From: Pristiophorus japonicus
Lineage: Eukaryota
Length of the DNA: 64,000 nt
Direction: 5' to 3'
Assembly: GCF_044704955.1 (NCBI RefSeq)
Contig: NC_091977.1
Coordinates: forward strand, 12,400,001 to 12,464,000
The translations under genes and the position numbers were made by a program. Below, one piece after another: positions 24,094 to 36,729 of the stretch. Positions within the stretch are counted from its first letter, which is position 1. The number at the start of each line of letters is the position of its first letter. The notes under the pieces are model-generated. The model ran no database searches. It saw only the letters and a program-made list of their open reading frames with translations, and was not told where the DNA came from.

Positions 24094-25041
24094 ATGGCAG
24101 GAGAGATCGGTCACGTGATATGCTCCTCCTGTGCCATGTGGGAACTCAGGGACGCTTCCGGTGTCCCTTACGACTACATGTGTAAGAAGTGTATCCGCCT
24201 CCATCTCCTGATGGACCGTGTTGCGGAATTGGAGCTGAGGGTGGATTCACTCTGGAGCATCCACGATGCTGAGAATGACATAAGTGGCACGTGTAGTGAG
24301 TTGGTCTTACCGCATGAGAAGGATCCACAGCCAGCTAGGGAATGGAAGACCAGCAGGAAGAGTAGTACAAAGAAGGTAGTGCAGGGGTCCCATCTGGTCA
24401 TCCCCCTGCAAAACAGATACACTGTTTTGAGTGCTGTTGAGGGAGATGACTCATTAGGGGAGAGCAACAGCAGCCAAGTTCATGGCACCATGGCTGGCTC
24501 TGTTGTACAGGAGGGCATAAAAAAGAGTGGGAGAGCGATAGTGATAGGGGATTCAATCATAAGGGAAATAAATAGGCGTTTCTGCGGCCGCAATCGAGAG
24601 TCCAGGATGGTATGTTGCCTCCCTGGTGCAAGGGTCAAGGATGTCTCCGAGCGAGTGCAGGACATTCTGAAAAGGGAGGGAGAACAGCCAGTTGTCGTGG
24701 TGCACATTGGTACCAACGACATAGGTAAAAAAAGGGATAAGGTCCTACGAGACGAATTTAAGGAGCTAGGAGTTAAATTAAAAAGTAGGTCCTCAAAAGT
24801 AGTAATCTCGGGATTGCTACCAGTGCCATGTGCTAGTCAGAGTAGGAATCACAGGATAGCGCAGATGAATACATGGCTTGAGCAGTGGTGCAGCAGGGAG
24901 GGATTCAAATTCGTGGGGCATTGGAACAGGTTCTGGGGGAGGTGGGACCAGTACAAACCGGACGGTCTGCACTTGGGCAGGAACGGAACCAATGTCCTAG
25001 GGGGAGTGTTTGCTCGTGCTGTTGGTGAGGAGTTAAACTAA
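24094..25041 (+). CDS. CR1 ORF1p, intact 315 aa: zinc finger, leucine zipper, SGNH/GDSL esterase
   Basis: CSSC..CKKC, heptad leucines, then IGDS, PGA, HIGTND and DGLH blocks. Confidence 0.9.
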   Translation: MAGEIGHVICSSCAMWELRDASGVPYDYMCKKCIRLHLLMDRVAELELRVDSLWSIHDAENDISGTCSELVLPHEKDPQPAREWKTSRKSSTKKVVQGSHLVIPLQNRYTVLSAVEGDDSLGESNSSQVHGTMAGSVVQEGIKKSGRAIVIGDSIIREINRRFCGRNRESRMVCCLPGARVKDVSERVQDILKREGEQPVVVVHIGTNDIGKKRDKVLRDEFKELGVKLKSRSSKVVISGLLPVPCASQSRNHRIAQMNTWLEQWCSREGFKFVGHWNRFWGRWDQYKPDGLHLGRNGTNVLGGVFARAVGEELN

Positions 25042-25196
25042 TATGGCACGGGGATGGGAACCAATACAGGGAGACAGAGGGAAACAAAAAGGAGACAAAA
25101 ACAAAAGACAGAAAAGAGACGAGTAAAACTGGAGGGCAGAGAAACCAAAGGCAAGAAACAAAAAGGACCTCTGAATATAAAAGGGCTGCAGAAGGG

Positions 25197-27964
25197 GTGA
25201 AAACTAAAAATCATGGTTTAAAAACTAGGATGAAAACACTCTACCTAAATGCACGCAGCATTAGAAATAAAGTAAATGAGTTGACGGCACAAATCATTAC
25301 AAATGGGTATGATTTGGTGACCATTACAGAGACATGGTTGCAAGGTGGCCAGGACTGGGAATTAAACATACACGGGTATCTGACAATTCGGAAAGATAGG
25401 CAGGAAGGGAAGGGAGGTGGGGTAGCTCTGTTAATAAGGGATGATATCAGGGCAGTTGTGAGGGATGATATTGGCTCCAATGAACAAAATGTTGAATCAT
25501 TGTGGGCGGAGATTAGAGATAGTAAGGGGAAAAAGTCACTGGTCGGCGTAGTTTATAGGCCCCCAAATAATAACTTCATGATGGTGCGGGCAATAATCAA
25601 GGGAATAAAGGAGGCATGTGAAAAAGGAACGGCAGTAGTTATGGGGGATTTTAACCGACATATCGATTGGTCAAATCAAATCGCAGGGGGTAGCCTGGAG
25701 GAGGAATTCATAGAATGCATACGGGATTGTTTCTTAGAACAGTATGTAACAGAGCGTACAAGAGAGCAAACCATTTTGGATCTGGTCCTGTGTAACGAGA
25801 CAGGAAAAATAAACGATCTCCTCGTAAAAGATCCTCTCGGAATGAGTGATCACAATATGGTTGAATTTGTAATACAGATTGAGGGTGAGGAAATTGTGCC
25901 AGAAACGAGAGTACTATGCTTAAACAAAGGGGCCTACAGTGGGATGAGGGCAGAGTTGGCTAAAGTAGACTGGAAACAAGGACTAAACGGTGGCACAATT
26001 GAGGAACAGTGGAGGACTTTTAAGGAGCTCTTTCATAATGCGCAACAAAAATATATTCCAGTGAAAAAGAAGGGCGGCAAGAGAAGAGATAACCAGCCGT
26101 GGATAACCAAAGAAATAAAGCAAAGTATCAAATCAAAGACCAATGCGTATAAGGTGGCCAAGGTTAGTGGGAAACTAGAGGATTGGGAAGATTTTAAGCA
26201 ACAGCAAAGAATGACTAAAAAAGCAATAAAGAAAGGGAAGATAGATTACGAAGGTAAACTTGCGCAAAACATAAAAACAGATAGTAAAAGCTTTTACAGA
26301 TACATAAAATGGAAAAGAGTGACTAAAGTAAATGTTGGTCCCTTAGAAGATGAAAAGGGGGATTTAATAATGGGAAATGGCTGAGACCTTAAACAATTAT
26401 TTTGCTTCGGTCTTCACAGTGGAAGACACAAAAACCATGCCAAAAATTGCTGGTCATAGGAATGTGGGAAGGGAGGACCTTGAGATGATCACTATCACTA
26501 GGGAGGTAGTGCTGGACAGACTAATGGGATTGAAGGTAGACAAGTCCCCTGGTCCTGATGAAATGCATCCCAGGGTATTAAAAGAGATGGCGGAAGTTAT
26601 AGCAGATGCATTTGTTATAATCTACCAAAATTCTCTGGACTCTGGGGAGGTACCAGCGGATTGGAGAGCAGCTAATGTAACGCCTCTGTTTAAAAAAGGG
26701 GGCAGGCAAAAGGCAGGTAACTATAGGCCGGTTAGTTTAACATCTATACTGGGGAAAATGCTTGAAACTATCATTAAGGAAGAAATAGCGGGATATCTAG
26801 ATAGGAATAGTGCAATCAAGCAGACGCAGCATGGATTCATGAAAGGGAAATCATGTTTAACTAACTTACTGGAATTCTTTGAGGATATAACGAGCATGGT
26901 GGATAGAGATGTACCGATGGATGTGGTGTATTTATATTTCCAAAAGGCATTCGATAAGGTGCCACACAAAAGGTTACTGCAGAAGATAAAGGTACGCGGA
27001 GTCAGAGGAAATGTATTAGCATGGATCGAGAATTGGCTGGCGAACAGAAAGCAGAGAGTCGGGATAAATGGGTCCTTTTCTGGTTGGAAATCAGTGGTTA
27101 GTGGTTGCCACAGGGATCAGTGCTGGGACCACAACTGTTTACAATATACATAGATGACCTAGAGGAGGGGACAGAGTGTAGTGCAACAAAATTTGCAGAT
27201 GACACTAAGATTAGTGGGAAAGCGGGTTGTGTAGAGGACTCAGAGAGGCTGCAAGGAGATTTGGATAGGTTAAGCGAATGGGCTAAGGTTTGGCAGATGG
27301 AATACAATGTCGGAAAGTGTGAGGTCATCCACCTTGGGAAAAAAAACAGTAAAAGGGAATATTATTTGAATGGGGAGAAATTACAACATGCTGTGGTGCA
27401 GAGGGACCTGGGGGTCCTTGTGCATGAATCCCAAAAGGTTAGTTTGCAGGTGCAGCAGGTAATCAGGAAGGCAAATGGAATGTTGGCCTTCATTGCGAAA
27501 GGGATGGAGTACAAAAGCAGGGAGGTCTTGCTGCAACTGTATAAGGTATTGGTGAAGTCGCACCTGGAGTACTGCGTGCAGTTTTGGTCACCTTACTTAA
27601 GGAAGGATATACTAGCTTTGGAGGAGGTACAGAGACGATTCACTAGGCTGATTCGAGAAATGAGGGGGTTAACTTATGATGATAGATTGAGTAGACTGGG
27701 TCTTTATTCCTTGGAGTTCAGAGGATGAGGGGTGATCTTATAGAAACATTTAAAATAATGAAAGGGATAGACAAGATAGAGGCAGAGAGGTTGTTTCCAC
27801 TGGTCGGGGAGATTAGAACTAGGGGACACAGCCTCAAAATACGGGGGAGCCAATTTAAAACCGAGTTGAGAAAGAATTTCTTCTCCCAGAGGGTTGTGAA
27901 TCTGTGGAATTCTCTGCCCAAGGAAGCAGTTGAGGCTGGCTCAATGTTTTCAAGTCAAAGATAA
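25197..27964 (+). pseudogene. CR1 ORF2 (APE endonuclease and RT), frameshifted
   Basis: ORFs 25197-26384, 26377-27153, 27105-27728, 27725-27964 with APE and RT (KFADD) motifs; at least three small indels. Confidence 0.93.
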
Positions 27965-29522
27965 ATAGATTTTTAAGCAATAAGGGAATTAAGGATTACG
28001 GGGAGAGGGCGGGTAAGTGGAGCTGAGTCCACGACCAGATCAGCCATGATCTTATTGAATGGCGGAGCAGGCTCGAGGGGCTAGATGGCCTACTCCTGTT
28101 CCTAATTCTTATGTTCTTATGTTCTTATGCTATGTCGTCTCTTGGGATTTCTACTGATAGCTTCGACCGCTGGACTCATAGCTTTAAAACGTTCCCGGTC
28201 GTGTCTATATTCCCCCAAATGTCCGATTACACCTGCCATATTAATCTCTAGCTGTTCACACCGTGTGCTGAATTTTACCTCAGATTTTGTAGCTTTTTTC
28301 TAAAGACAGAAACGTCCAAAGTCTCTCTGTTGGCTGGCTGAATCCTTCACCAACAAAATTTAAGCTTTAAATCATCCTAAACATCCCATCTCAATCGACA
28401 AATGTGATATGTTCACAGAGCACAGCATACACAGCTTCCAACATGGCAGGCAGCTCTCTCGAAAGCCTCCGGAAATGTGTCTGGTTCTGTTTATTATTAA
28501 CTATGCAGTTGCAGTACACAATACGTCCACATCCACAGTGTGGCGCTACAAACATTGCAAGCTTACAGACATTACACATGCAATAAAGGTACAGCAGTTA
28601 TCATGGGCGACTTTAATCTACATATTGATTGGTCTAACCAAACTGGTAGCAATGTGGTGGAGGAGGATTTCCTGGAGTGTAATAGGGATGGTTTTTTAGA
28701 CCAATATGTCGAGGAACCAATGAGAGGGCTGGCCATCATAGACTGGGTGATGTGTAAAGAGAAAGGACTAATTAGCAATCTTGCTCTGCGAGGCCCCTTG
28801 GGGAAGAGTGACCATAATATAGTAGAATTCTTTATTAAGATGGAGAGTGACACAGTTAATTCAGAGACTAGGGTCCTGAACTTAAGGAAAGATAACTTTG
28901 ATGGTATGAGATGTGAATTGGCTAGAATAGACTGGCAAGTGATAGTTAAAGGGTTAGGATAGTGTTAAATCAAAGGAAAAGGCATATAAATTCACCAGAA
29001 AAAGCAGCAAACCTGAGGACTGGGAGAATTTTGTAATACAGCAGAGGAGGACAAAGGGTTTAATTAGGAGGGGGAAAATAGAGTATGAGAGGAAGGTTGC
29101 TGGGAACATAAAAACTGACACAAAAGCTTCTATAGATATGTGAAAAGAAAAAGATTTGTGAAAACAAACGTAGGTCCCTTGCAGTCAGATTCAGGTGCAT
29201 TTATAATGGAGAACAAAGAAATGGCGGACCAGTTAAACAAGTACTTTGGTTCTGTCTTCATGAAGGAAGACACAAATAACCTTCCGGAAATACTAGGGGA
29301 CCGAGTGTCTAGTGAGAAGAAGGAAGTGAAGGAAATCCTTATTAGTCAGGAAATGGTGTTCGGAAAATTGATGGGATTGAAGGCCAATAAATCCCTGGGG
29401 CCTGATAGTCTGCATCCCAGAGTACTTAAAGTAGCCCTAGAAATAGTGGATGCATTGGTGATCATTTTCTAACAGTCTATTGACTCTGGATCAGTTCCTA
29501 TCAGTTTCTATGAGATCCCCTC

Positions 29523-29584
29523 GCACACGATGTCTCCAGTTATATTATCGGACACAACCAACAGCTCCAGGATGGTGGCTGGAG
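29523..29584 (-). pseudogene. 5' part of an Ig C2-set exon (Siglec-like), truncated
   Basis: Strong acceptor tctctttcctcccccAG (29586-29585), phase 1. Translates (A)PATILELLVVSDNITGDIVC, then runs into CR1 sequence. Confidence 0.65.
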
Positions 29585-29970
29585 CTGGGGGAGGAAAGAG
29601 ACATTGAGTTAACTCAATTAAATTCATCTTTATTAAACGGTCCATGGTGACAAAACCCATTACGTGGCACTGAGAAACATGTGAGCACAAAGAGGTGACA
29701 GCCACCAGAAGTAGATTGGATTGAAATACTCAGAGAGGAAATGGACTGGCTCCTGATTGTAAAGGGACGTGGGATTGATGTTAATGGAGGAGGCAGATGG
29801 AATTATCCTCAGTGTGTCTGTGGATCTGAACAACATATCAGCCTCGAAATTGGGCTGCCTAAACAGTCTCCAAAGCTGTTAGACGTTTCTCAGGCCTCAG
29901 CTCCTCACTGGGAGTGAATTTGCTCTTGTCTTTGTTCAACATTTTTTTATCACTTTCACCATATCATTCC

Positions 29971-30339
29971 TGACAACCTGTAGTCTCATCACATCCTGAG
30001 TCACCTTTTCTCCTCTCCCATTCTCGACATGTACGTGACAGAAGTAGTCGCTGGTGTCGTTCAGCCCCAGGTCCCTCATCCTTATGGCGGCGTCTCCTTG
30101 GGTTAGGTTTCCGATCAGCTCATAACGATCTCCTTGATTTACAGTAAGTGAGTCAGTATAGTGAGAACCAGCGGCGAGGGAACGTGTGAGAGTAAAAACA
30201 GCAGACTCTTCGCATGGAATCTCCTTCATCCAGAGGACAGTGATGGAGCTCGGATACCGGCCAGGAGCATTGAATGTGCAGGGCAGTGTGGCAAAATCTC
30301 CCTTCTTCCCAGTCACTGGCTGTGTATTGTTCTCATCAG
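29971..30339 (-). pseudogene. Ig V-set domain exon, Siglec-15-like (probably pseudogenised)
   Basis: Acceptor ttctctatctcAG (30341-30340), phase 1. Open frame with TLPCTF, VLW, RYELIGN..GDAAIRMRDLGLNDTSDYFC. The expected phase-1 donor position reads A|GG instead of G|GT. Confidence 0.85.
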
Positions 30340-30499
30340 CTGAGATAGAGAAGGGTTTTAAAGAATGTATATTATATAGTAGCACAGTACATTAAATACA
30401 GTTCATCCAACATTTATGTCCCCTGTGCACTGTGAGGTTACCTCTGTCGGAAGTGCAGGCAGACAACAACAACTTTCATTTTTATGCCGACTTTAATGC

Positions 30500-30760
30500 A
30501 CTAAACCCCTTTTTCCTATTTATTCTATCAAAACCCTTCAGAATTTTGAACACTTCTACTAATTCTCCCAATAACATTCTCTGCTCTAAGGAGAACAATC
30601 TCAGCTTCTCTAGTTTCACCACGTAACTGAAGTCCCTCATCCCTGGTACCATTTTCGTAACTCTCCTCTGCACCATATCCAAGGCCTTGACATCCTTCCA
30701 AACGTCTCCGCAATTGGACTCCATACTCCAGCTGGGCCTAAACTGTGTTTTATAAAGGTG
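30500..30760 (-). mobile_element. Old CR1 3' fragment
   Basis: KDVKALDMVQRRVTKMVPG..GELVEVFKILKG. Confidence 0.75.
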
Positions 30761-30956
30761 ACACCCACATCCACAGAATGAATAAAAAAAAACACAAGTG
30801 GTTGTGATGGAATTGTTGTATCAAACTCAGGGCAATGAGGGATGACATGAATTAGAAGAGAGAAAATATAGGAATTGCTTGATGAAAAAAGACCACAATC
30901 CATTGTGTCCTGTGCCGTCGTTGATATCAAGCCATTTTTTGAGCGAGTGTGGCATC

Positions 30957-33900
30957 AAACATAGAAACATAGAAAATAGGTGCAGAAGTAGGCCATTCGG
31001 CCCTTTGAGCCTGCACCACCATTCAGTAAGATCATGGCTGATCATTCACCTCAGTACCCTTTTCCTGCTTTCTCTCCATACTCTTTGATCCCTCTAGCCC
31101 TAAGGGCCTTATCTAACTCTCCCTTGAATATATCCAATGAACTGGCATCAACAAATCTCTGCGGTAGGGAATTCCACAGGTTAACAACTCTCTGAGTGAA
31201 GAAGTTTCTCCTCATCTCAGGTCCTAAATGGCTTAGTCCTTACCTTCGACTATGTCCCCTGTTTCTGGACTTCCCCAACATCAGGAACATTCTTCCTGCA
31301 TCGAACCTGTCCAGTCCTGTCAGAATTTTACATGTTTCTATGAGATCCCCTCTCATCCTTCTAAACTCCAGTGAATACCAGCCCAGTCGATCCAGTCTCT
31401 CCTCATATGTCAGCCCTGCCATCCCGGAAATCAGTCTGGTGAACTTTCGCTGCACTCCCTCAATAGCAAGAACGTCCTTCCTTAGATTAGGAGACCTAAA
31501 CTGAACACAATATTCCAGGTGAGGCCTCACTAAGGCCCTGTATAACTGCAGTAAGACCTCCCTGCTCTTATACTCAAATCCCCTAGCTATGAAGGCCAAC
31601 ATACCATTTGTCTTCTACACCGCCTGCCGAAACTGCATGCCAACTTTCAATGACTGATGTACCATGACACCCAGGTCTCACTGCACCTACCCTTTTCTTA
31701 ATCTGCCTCCATTCAGATAATATTCTGCCTTCGTGTTTTTGCCATCAAAGTGGATAACCTCACATTTATCCACATTATACTGCATCTGCCACGTGTTTGC
31801 CCACCCACCTAACCTGAGTAAGGGGTCCTGAGGTGAATGATCAGCCATGATTTTATTGAATGGTGGTGCAGGCTCAAAGGGCTGAATGGCCTACTCCTGC
31901 ACCTATTTTTTGTGTTTCTATGTTTCTATGTCCAAGTCACCCTGCAGCCTTTTTATGTCCTCCTCATAGCTCACACTGCCACCCAGCTTAGTGTCATCTG
32001 CAAACTTGGAGATATTGCACTCAATTCCCTCATCCAAATCATTAATGTATATTGTAAATAGCTGGGGTCCCAGCACTGAGCCCTGTGGCACCACACGAGT
32101 TACTGCCTGCCATTCTGAAAAGGACCCATTTATCCCGACTCTCTGCTTCCTGTCTGCCAACCAGTTCTCCACCCACGTCAGGACATTACCCCCAATACCA
32201 TGTTCTTTAATTTTGCATACCAATCTCTTGTATGGGACCTTGTCAAAAGCCTTTTGAAAGTCTAAATACACCACATCCACTGGTTCTCCCTTGTCCACTC
32301 TACCAGTTACATCCTCAAAAAATTCTAGAAGATTTGTCAAGCATGATTTCCCTTTCATAAATCCGTGCTGACTTGGACCGATCCTGTCACTGCTTTCCAA
32401 ATGCGCTGCAATTTCATCTTTAATAATTGATTCCAACATTTTTCCCACTACTAATGTCAGGCTAACTGGTCTATAATTACCTGTTTTCTCTCTCCCTCCT
32501 TTCTTAAAAAGTGGTGTTACATTAGCTACCCTCCAGTCCATAGGAACTGATCCAGAGTCGATAGACTGTTGGAAAATGATCACCAATGCATCCACTATTT
32601 CTAGGGCCACATCCTTAATATTCTGGGATGCAGATTATCGGGTCCCGGGGATTTATCGGCCTTCAATCCCATCAATTTCCCTAACACAATTTCCCATCTA
32701 ATAAGGTTTTCCTTCAGTTCCTCCTTCTCACTAGACCCTCGGTCCCCTAGTCTTTCCGGAAGTATTTGTGTCTTCCTTCGTGAAGACAGAACCAAAGTAT
32801 TTGTTTAACTGGTCCGCCATTTTTTTTGTTCTTCATTATAAATTCACCTGAACCTGACTGCAAGGGACCTACGTTTGTTTCACTAATCTTTTTCTCTTCA
32901 TATATCTATAGAAGCTTTTGCAGTCAGTTTTTATGTTCCCTGCAAGCTTCCTCTCATACTCTATTTCCCCCCTCCTAATTAAACCCTTTGTCCTCTGCTG
33001 AATTATAAAATTCTCCCAGTCCTCAGGCTTGCTTCTTTTTCTGGCCAATTTATATACCTCTTCCTTGGATTTAACACTATCCTTAATTTCCTTTGTTAGC
33101 CACGGTTGAGCCACCTTCCCCGTTATATTTTTACCCCAGACAGGGATGTACAATTGTTGCAGTTCATCCATGTGATCTTTAAATGTTTGCCATTGCCTAT
33201 CCATTGTCAAACCTTTAAGTAACACTCGCCAGTCTATTCTAGGCAATTCACTTCTCATACCATCGAAATTACCTTTCCTTAAGTTCAGGACCCTAGTCTC
33301 TGAATGTCACTCTCCATCTAAATGAAGAATTCTACAATATTATGGTCACTCTTCCCCAAGGGGGCCTTGCACAACAAGATTGCTAATTAGTCATTTCTCA
33401 TTACACATCACCCAGTCTAGGATGGCCAGCCCTCGGCATATTGGTCTAGAAAACCATTCCTAATACACTCCAGGAAATCCTTCTCCACCGCATTGCTACC
33501 AGTTTGGTTAGCCCAATCAATATGTAGATTAAAGTCGCCCATGATAACTGCTGTACCTTTATTGCACGCATCCCTGATTTCTTGTTTGATGTTGTCCCCA
33601 ACCTCACTACTACTGGTTGGTGGTCTGTACACAACTCCCACTAGCGTTTTCTGCCCTTTGGTGTTCCGTAGCTCCACCCAAACTGATTCCACATCATCCA
33701 AGCTAATGTCCTTCCTTACTATTGCGTTAATTTCCTCATTAACCAGCAATGCCACCCCACCTCCTTTTCCTTTCTGTCTATCCTTCCTGAATGTTGAAAA
33801 CCACTGGATGTTGAGTTCCCAGCCTTAGTCCCCCTGGAGCCATGTCTCCGTGATGCCAATTACATCATATCTGTTAACTGCTATCTGCGCAGTTAATTCG

Positions 33901-34372
33901 TCCACCTTATTACGAATACTCCTCGCATTGAGGCACAGAGCCTTCAGGCTTGTCTTTTTAACACACTTAGCTCCTTTAGAATTTTGCTGTAATGTGGCCC
34001 TTTTTGCTTTTTGCCTTGGGTTTCTCTGCCCTCCACTTTTACTTTTCTTCTTTCTATCTTTTGCTTCTGCCCCCATTCTACTTCCCTCCGTCTCCCTGCA
34101 TAGGTTCCCATCCTCTTGCCATTATTAGTTTAACCCCTCCCCAACAGCACTAGCAAACACTCCACCTAGGACATTGGTTCCGGTCCTGCCTAGGTGCAGA
34201 CCGTCTGGTTTGTACTGGTCCCATCTCCTCCAGAACCGGTTCCAATGTCCCAGGAATTTGAATCCCTCTCTTCTGCACCACTCCTCAAGCCACGTGTTCA
34301 TCTGAGCTATCCTGCGATTCCTACTCTGACTAGCATGTGGCACTGGTAGAAATCCTGAGATTACTACTTTTG
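30957..34372 (-). mobile_element. CR1 LINE (end of ORF1 to 3' tail), with a ~110-bp oppositely oriented CR1 tail inserted at ~31817-31930
   Basis: ORFs 34125-34343 (esterase C-terminus) through 31240-31602; TTTCTATG tail at ~30957. Confidence 0.92.
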
Positions 34373-34377
34373 ACGTT

Positions 34378-34432
34378 TGGGATAACTCCCCTGCTCTTCT
34401 TTGAATAGCACCATGGGATCTTTTGCATCCAC
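34378..34432 (-). mobile_element. Possible DeuSINE core fragment
   Basis: Minus strand AAAGATCCCATGG..CT..AAGAGCAGGGG resembles the Deu domain as I recall it; short. Confidence 0.45.
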
Positions 34433-36486
34433 CAGATTAAATCAACACTAAACTGGAAATTTATTGGCAAAGGCCAGGAGACTGGCAGGGGCTGGAATGT
34501 CTTCTTAAGGCTGGGTTTCAAAGATGCAATCTTTGGCCAACATGGCTCCGGTTGGGGTGGAGTGTAGAATGTTGCGGTGCAGGAGGTGTTGCAGTTGTAT
34601 GGGGGGTGGGGGGGGGGGGACTGGTTAGGCCAGATGCTCTTTACCTTTCCACCGTTGTTCATTGTTCAGAGGTGTATATGTAACCTTCAGGGCTGCTGAC
34701 TGAGGGGCTGTGTGGCTCTTTGTCGGCCGGTGTGACACGATGGGCCGAAATGGCCTCCTTCTGCGCGGTAGATTTCTATGTTTCTATTAGGGGCACTTTA
34801 ATTTGCATGTGACCTTTACTGTAACTGTTCAAACCGAGCCCAATACTAAGATAGAATTCAAAATATATTTAAATTTCTGTTCTTAAAATTAAAAACTCCT
34901 GAAGATTTATCGGATGACCAATGAGGAACAGTGCCCATCTTTTTCTAGATTGGTGTATCGTGAATCTAATCAGACAGGCCAGCTCAAGAGCTCAATCTAT
35001 TATCTGAGGGAATCGCCAGGTGGTAAAGAAGTGTAATCCGTGGATTGTTTATTTATGAATTGTTAACCAACGATTGAAGTGTGTAAACAGCACGGCCGTT
35101 TGTAACTGGTTCCGCCCGCCATGTAGTCAGAAGGGGATCACTCTAAACACCATCCTTGCGTTGTATTGTTGTGAGTTATTTTCTTGTACCTGGGGAATGA
35201 ATAATGTGCTGAGAGTGTGCTACAAGGGCAGGAACTGATTCTGGTCTTTCTTTGTGTCAACATCTGATTCATTGACTTGTGTCAAGCATCGACGCAGTAA
35301 GCCATCACGATGGCTGCAATATTTTACTGGAGATCCAGTGGTGGATGTGAGACAAAGGGTCAGATACTGCTTACAAAAGGTTTAAATTATAACAGTTTAT
35401 TAAACCGTTATGTGCACAATATAATATCGTGTGAATAATATAGAAACACTGATTCCACACTAAGGTGTTGGCTTGTGAAGAGAAGCTCAGCTTTGTGCGC
35501 TGGTTGGTGAGGTAAGACCTTCAATCGTTGAATAAACCCTAAAATTGTGATTAATTTTCCCCGATGAAGACCTTCAAGAAAATAAATAAATAGCCTGAAG
35601 CTTCTTTCAGCTGAAACATCAAATACAAATCAGGGATATTGGAAATATATTGTCCATCAGTACGCTGGCCGCGAGGGGAGACTGATTATATGAGCGTCCT
35701 TTATTTGGGAGCACACTGGATACTATGATGGAGGAGGGTGTGCAATGCTACACACCCCACTCCCAACTTGGAAAGAACACAGAGAGTTGAAGTATGGACC
35801 AACCACGATCTGATTGAACAACGGAACAGGCTCGAGGGGCTGGACGGCCTACTCCTGTTCCTAGAATGCACATCCCTGGTGTGACATGCATTCCAAAGTA
35901 CCTTATCCAAGGGGGAGCTGGGGAGCAGAACCATTCACCAGTGTGTGAGGTCTTTACATTTCACTGACGTAACCTCAGCGGGTATGAATTTGGGAGCAGT
36001 GGAATCATAGCAACAGGAGGAAGCCATTCAACCCCTCGAGCCTGCTCCGTCATTCAGGCAGATCATGGTTTACATTACCTCAACTCTATTTCCCCACCTT
36101 TACTCCATATCCCGCGACACACTTACCCAACAAGAATAGACACCGCCCCATTAGTGTAATTGTGTACCTTACATTGTTAGCTATTTTCTTTCGCGGGAAC
36201 TAATCAGGTTTTATTTAGAGCTGCTTTGGCTCCCAGATGACCTTTCTGGTGACGAGAGACTGCAGCCGAGTCAACACTGCAGCAAATTCCTTAATCCAGT
36301 AGGTTCACAGCTCTCCGATGATATTTAACCAGTCAGCCGAGTTAGGACTTGGCAGCGGGAGCTGGGATTTATCCCACTCGGCTCTGGATTAAGTTGCTAA
36401 CTCTCGCACCAACATGTTGGCTGGTCCCAGCTGATCAAATGGTGGGCTGCTTCTCAATACTCTACGCTGGTAAACTCAGAGGTTTG

Positions 36487-36725
36487 GGTACGGTGGTGCA
36501 GTGGTTATGTGACTGGGCCAATAATGAAGAGAGCGTGAGTTCAAATCCCAGTATTTGAATTCAGTTCAATCTGGAAATAAAAAGCTGGCATCAGTAAAAG
36601 TGACCATGAAGCTGTCGGATTGTCAGAAAAACCCAACTGGTTCAGGAATGTCCTTTAGGGAAAGAAACCTGTGATCCTAACTCTAGTCCTACATCAACGT
36701 GTTGAATCCTCGCTGCCCTCTAAAG
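36487..36725 (+). mobile_element. tRNA-derived SINE-like element sharing its body with the LINE 5'UTR at 38220
   Basis: A box TGGTGCAGTGG at 36494-36504, B box GAGTTCAAATCCC at 36537-36549; body similar to 38290-38490. Confidence 0.75.
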
Positions 36726-36729
36726 TCCT

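Larger units (their letters stand above)
23943..28126 (+). mobile_element. Near full-length CR1 LINE
   Basis: TSD ATGCTAT (23936-23942 / 28127-28133), 5'UTR, ORF1, ORF2, (TTCTTATG)3 tail. Confidence 0.96.
20369..28576 (-). mobile_element. Gypsy (Mag-like) family C, both LTRs, gag largely deleted, split by a near full-length CR1
   Basis: 174-bp LTRs at 20369-20542 and 28403-28576 (11 differences counted). TSD CGTGC/CATGC. PPT next to 20543. Degenerate Ser-type PBS at 28383-28400. Confidence 0.95.
19676..29501 (+). mobile_element. CR1 LINE fragment (end of ORF1, ORF2 APE) split by Gypsy family C
   Basis: IKQEIRDAC (to 20368) resumes as NKGTAVIMGDFN (from 28582). Confidence 0.9.

Noticed and set aside
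35190-35263. Possible leader exon for the Ig gene (ATG...CCCAG|GTACAA, minus strand)
   Set aside because: No frame gives both a hydrophobic signal peptide and a phase-1 end without invoking a stop and an indel.
36487-36560. Functional tRNA gene
   Set aside because: A and B boxes are present but there is no convincing cloverleaf, and it continues into a repeat body.
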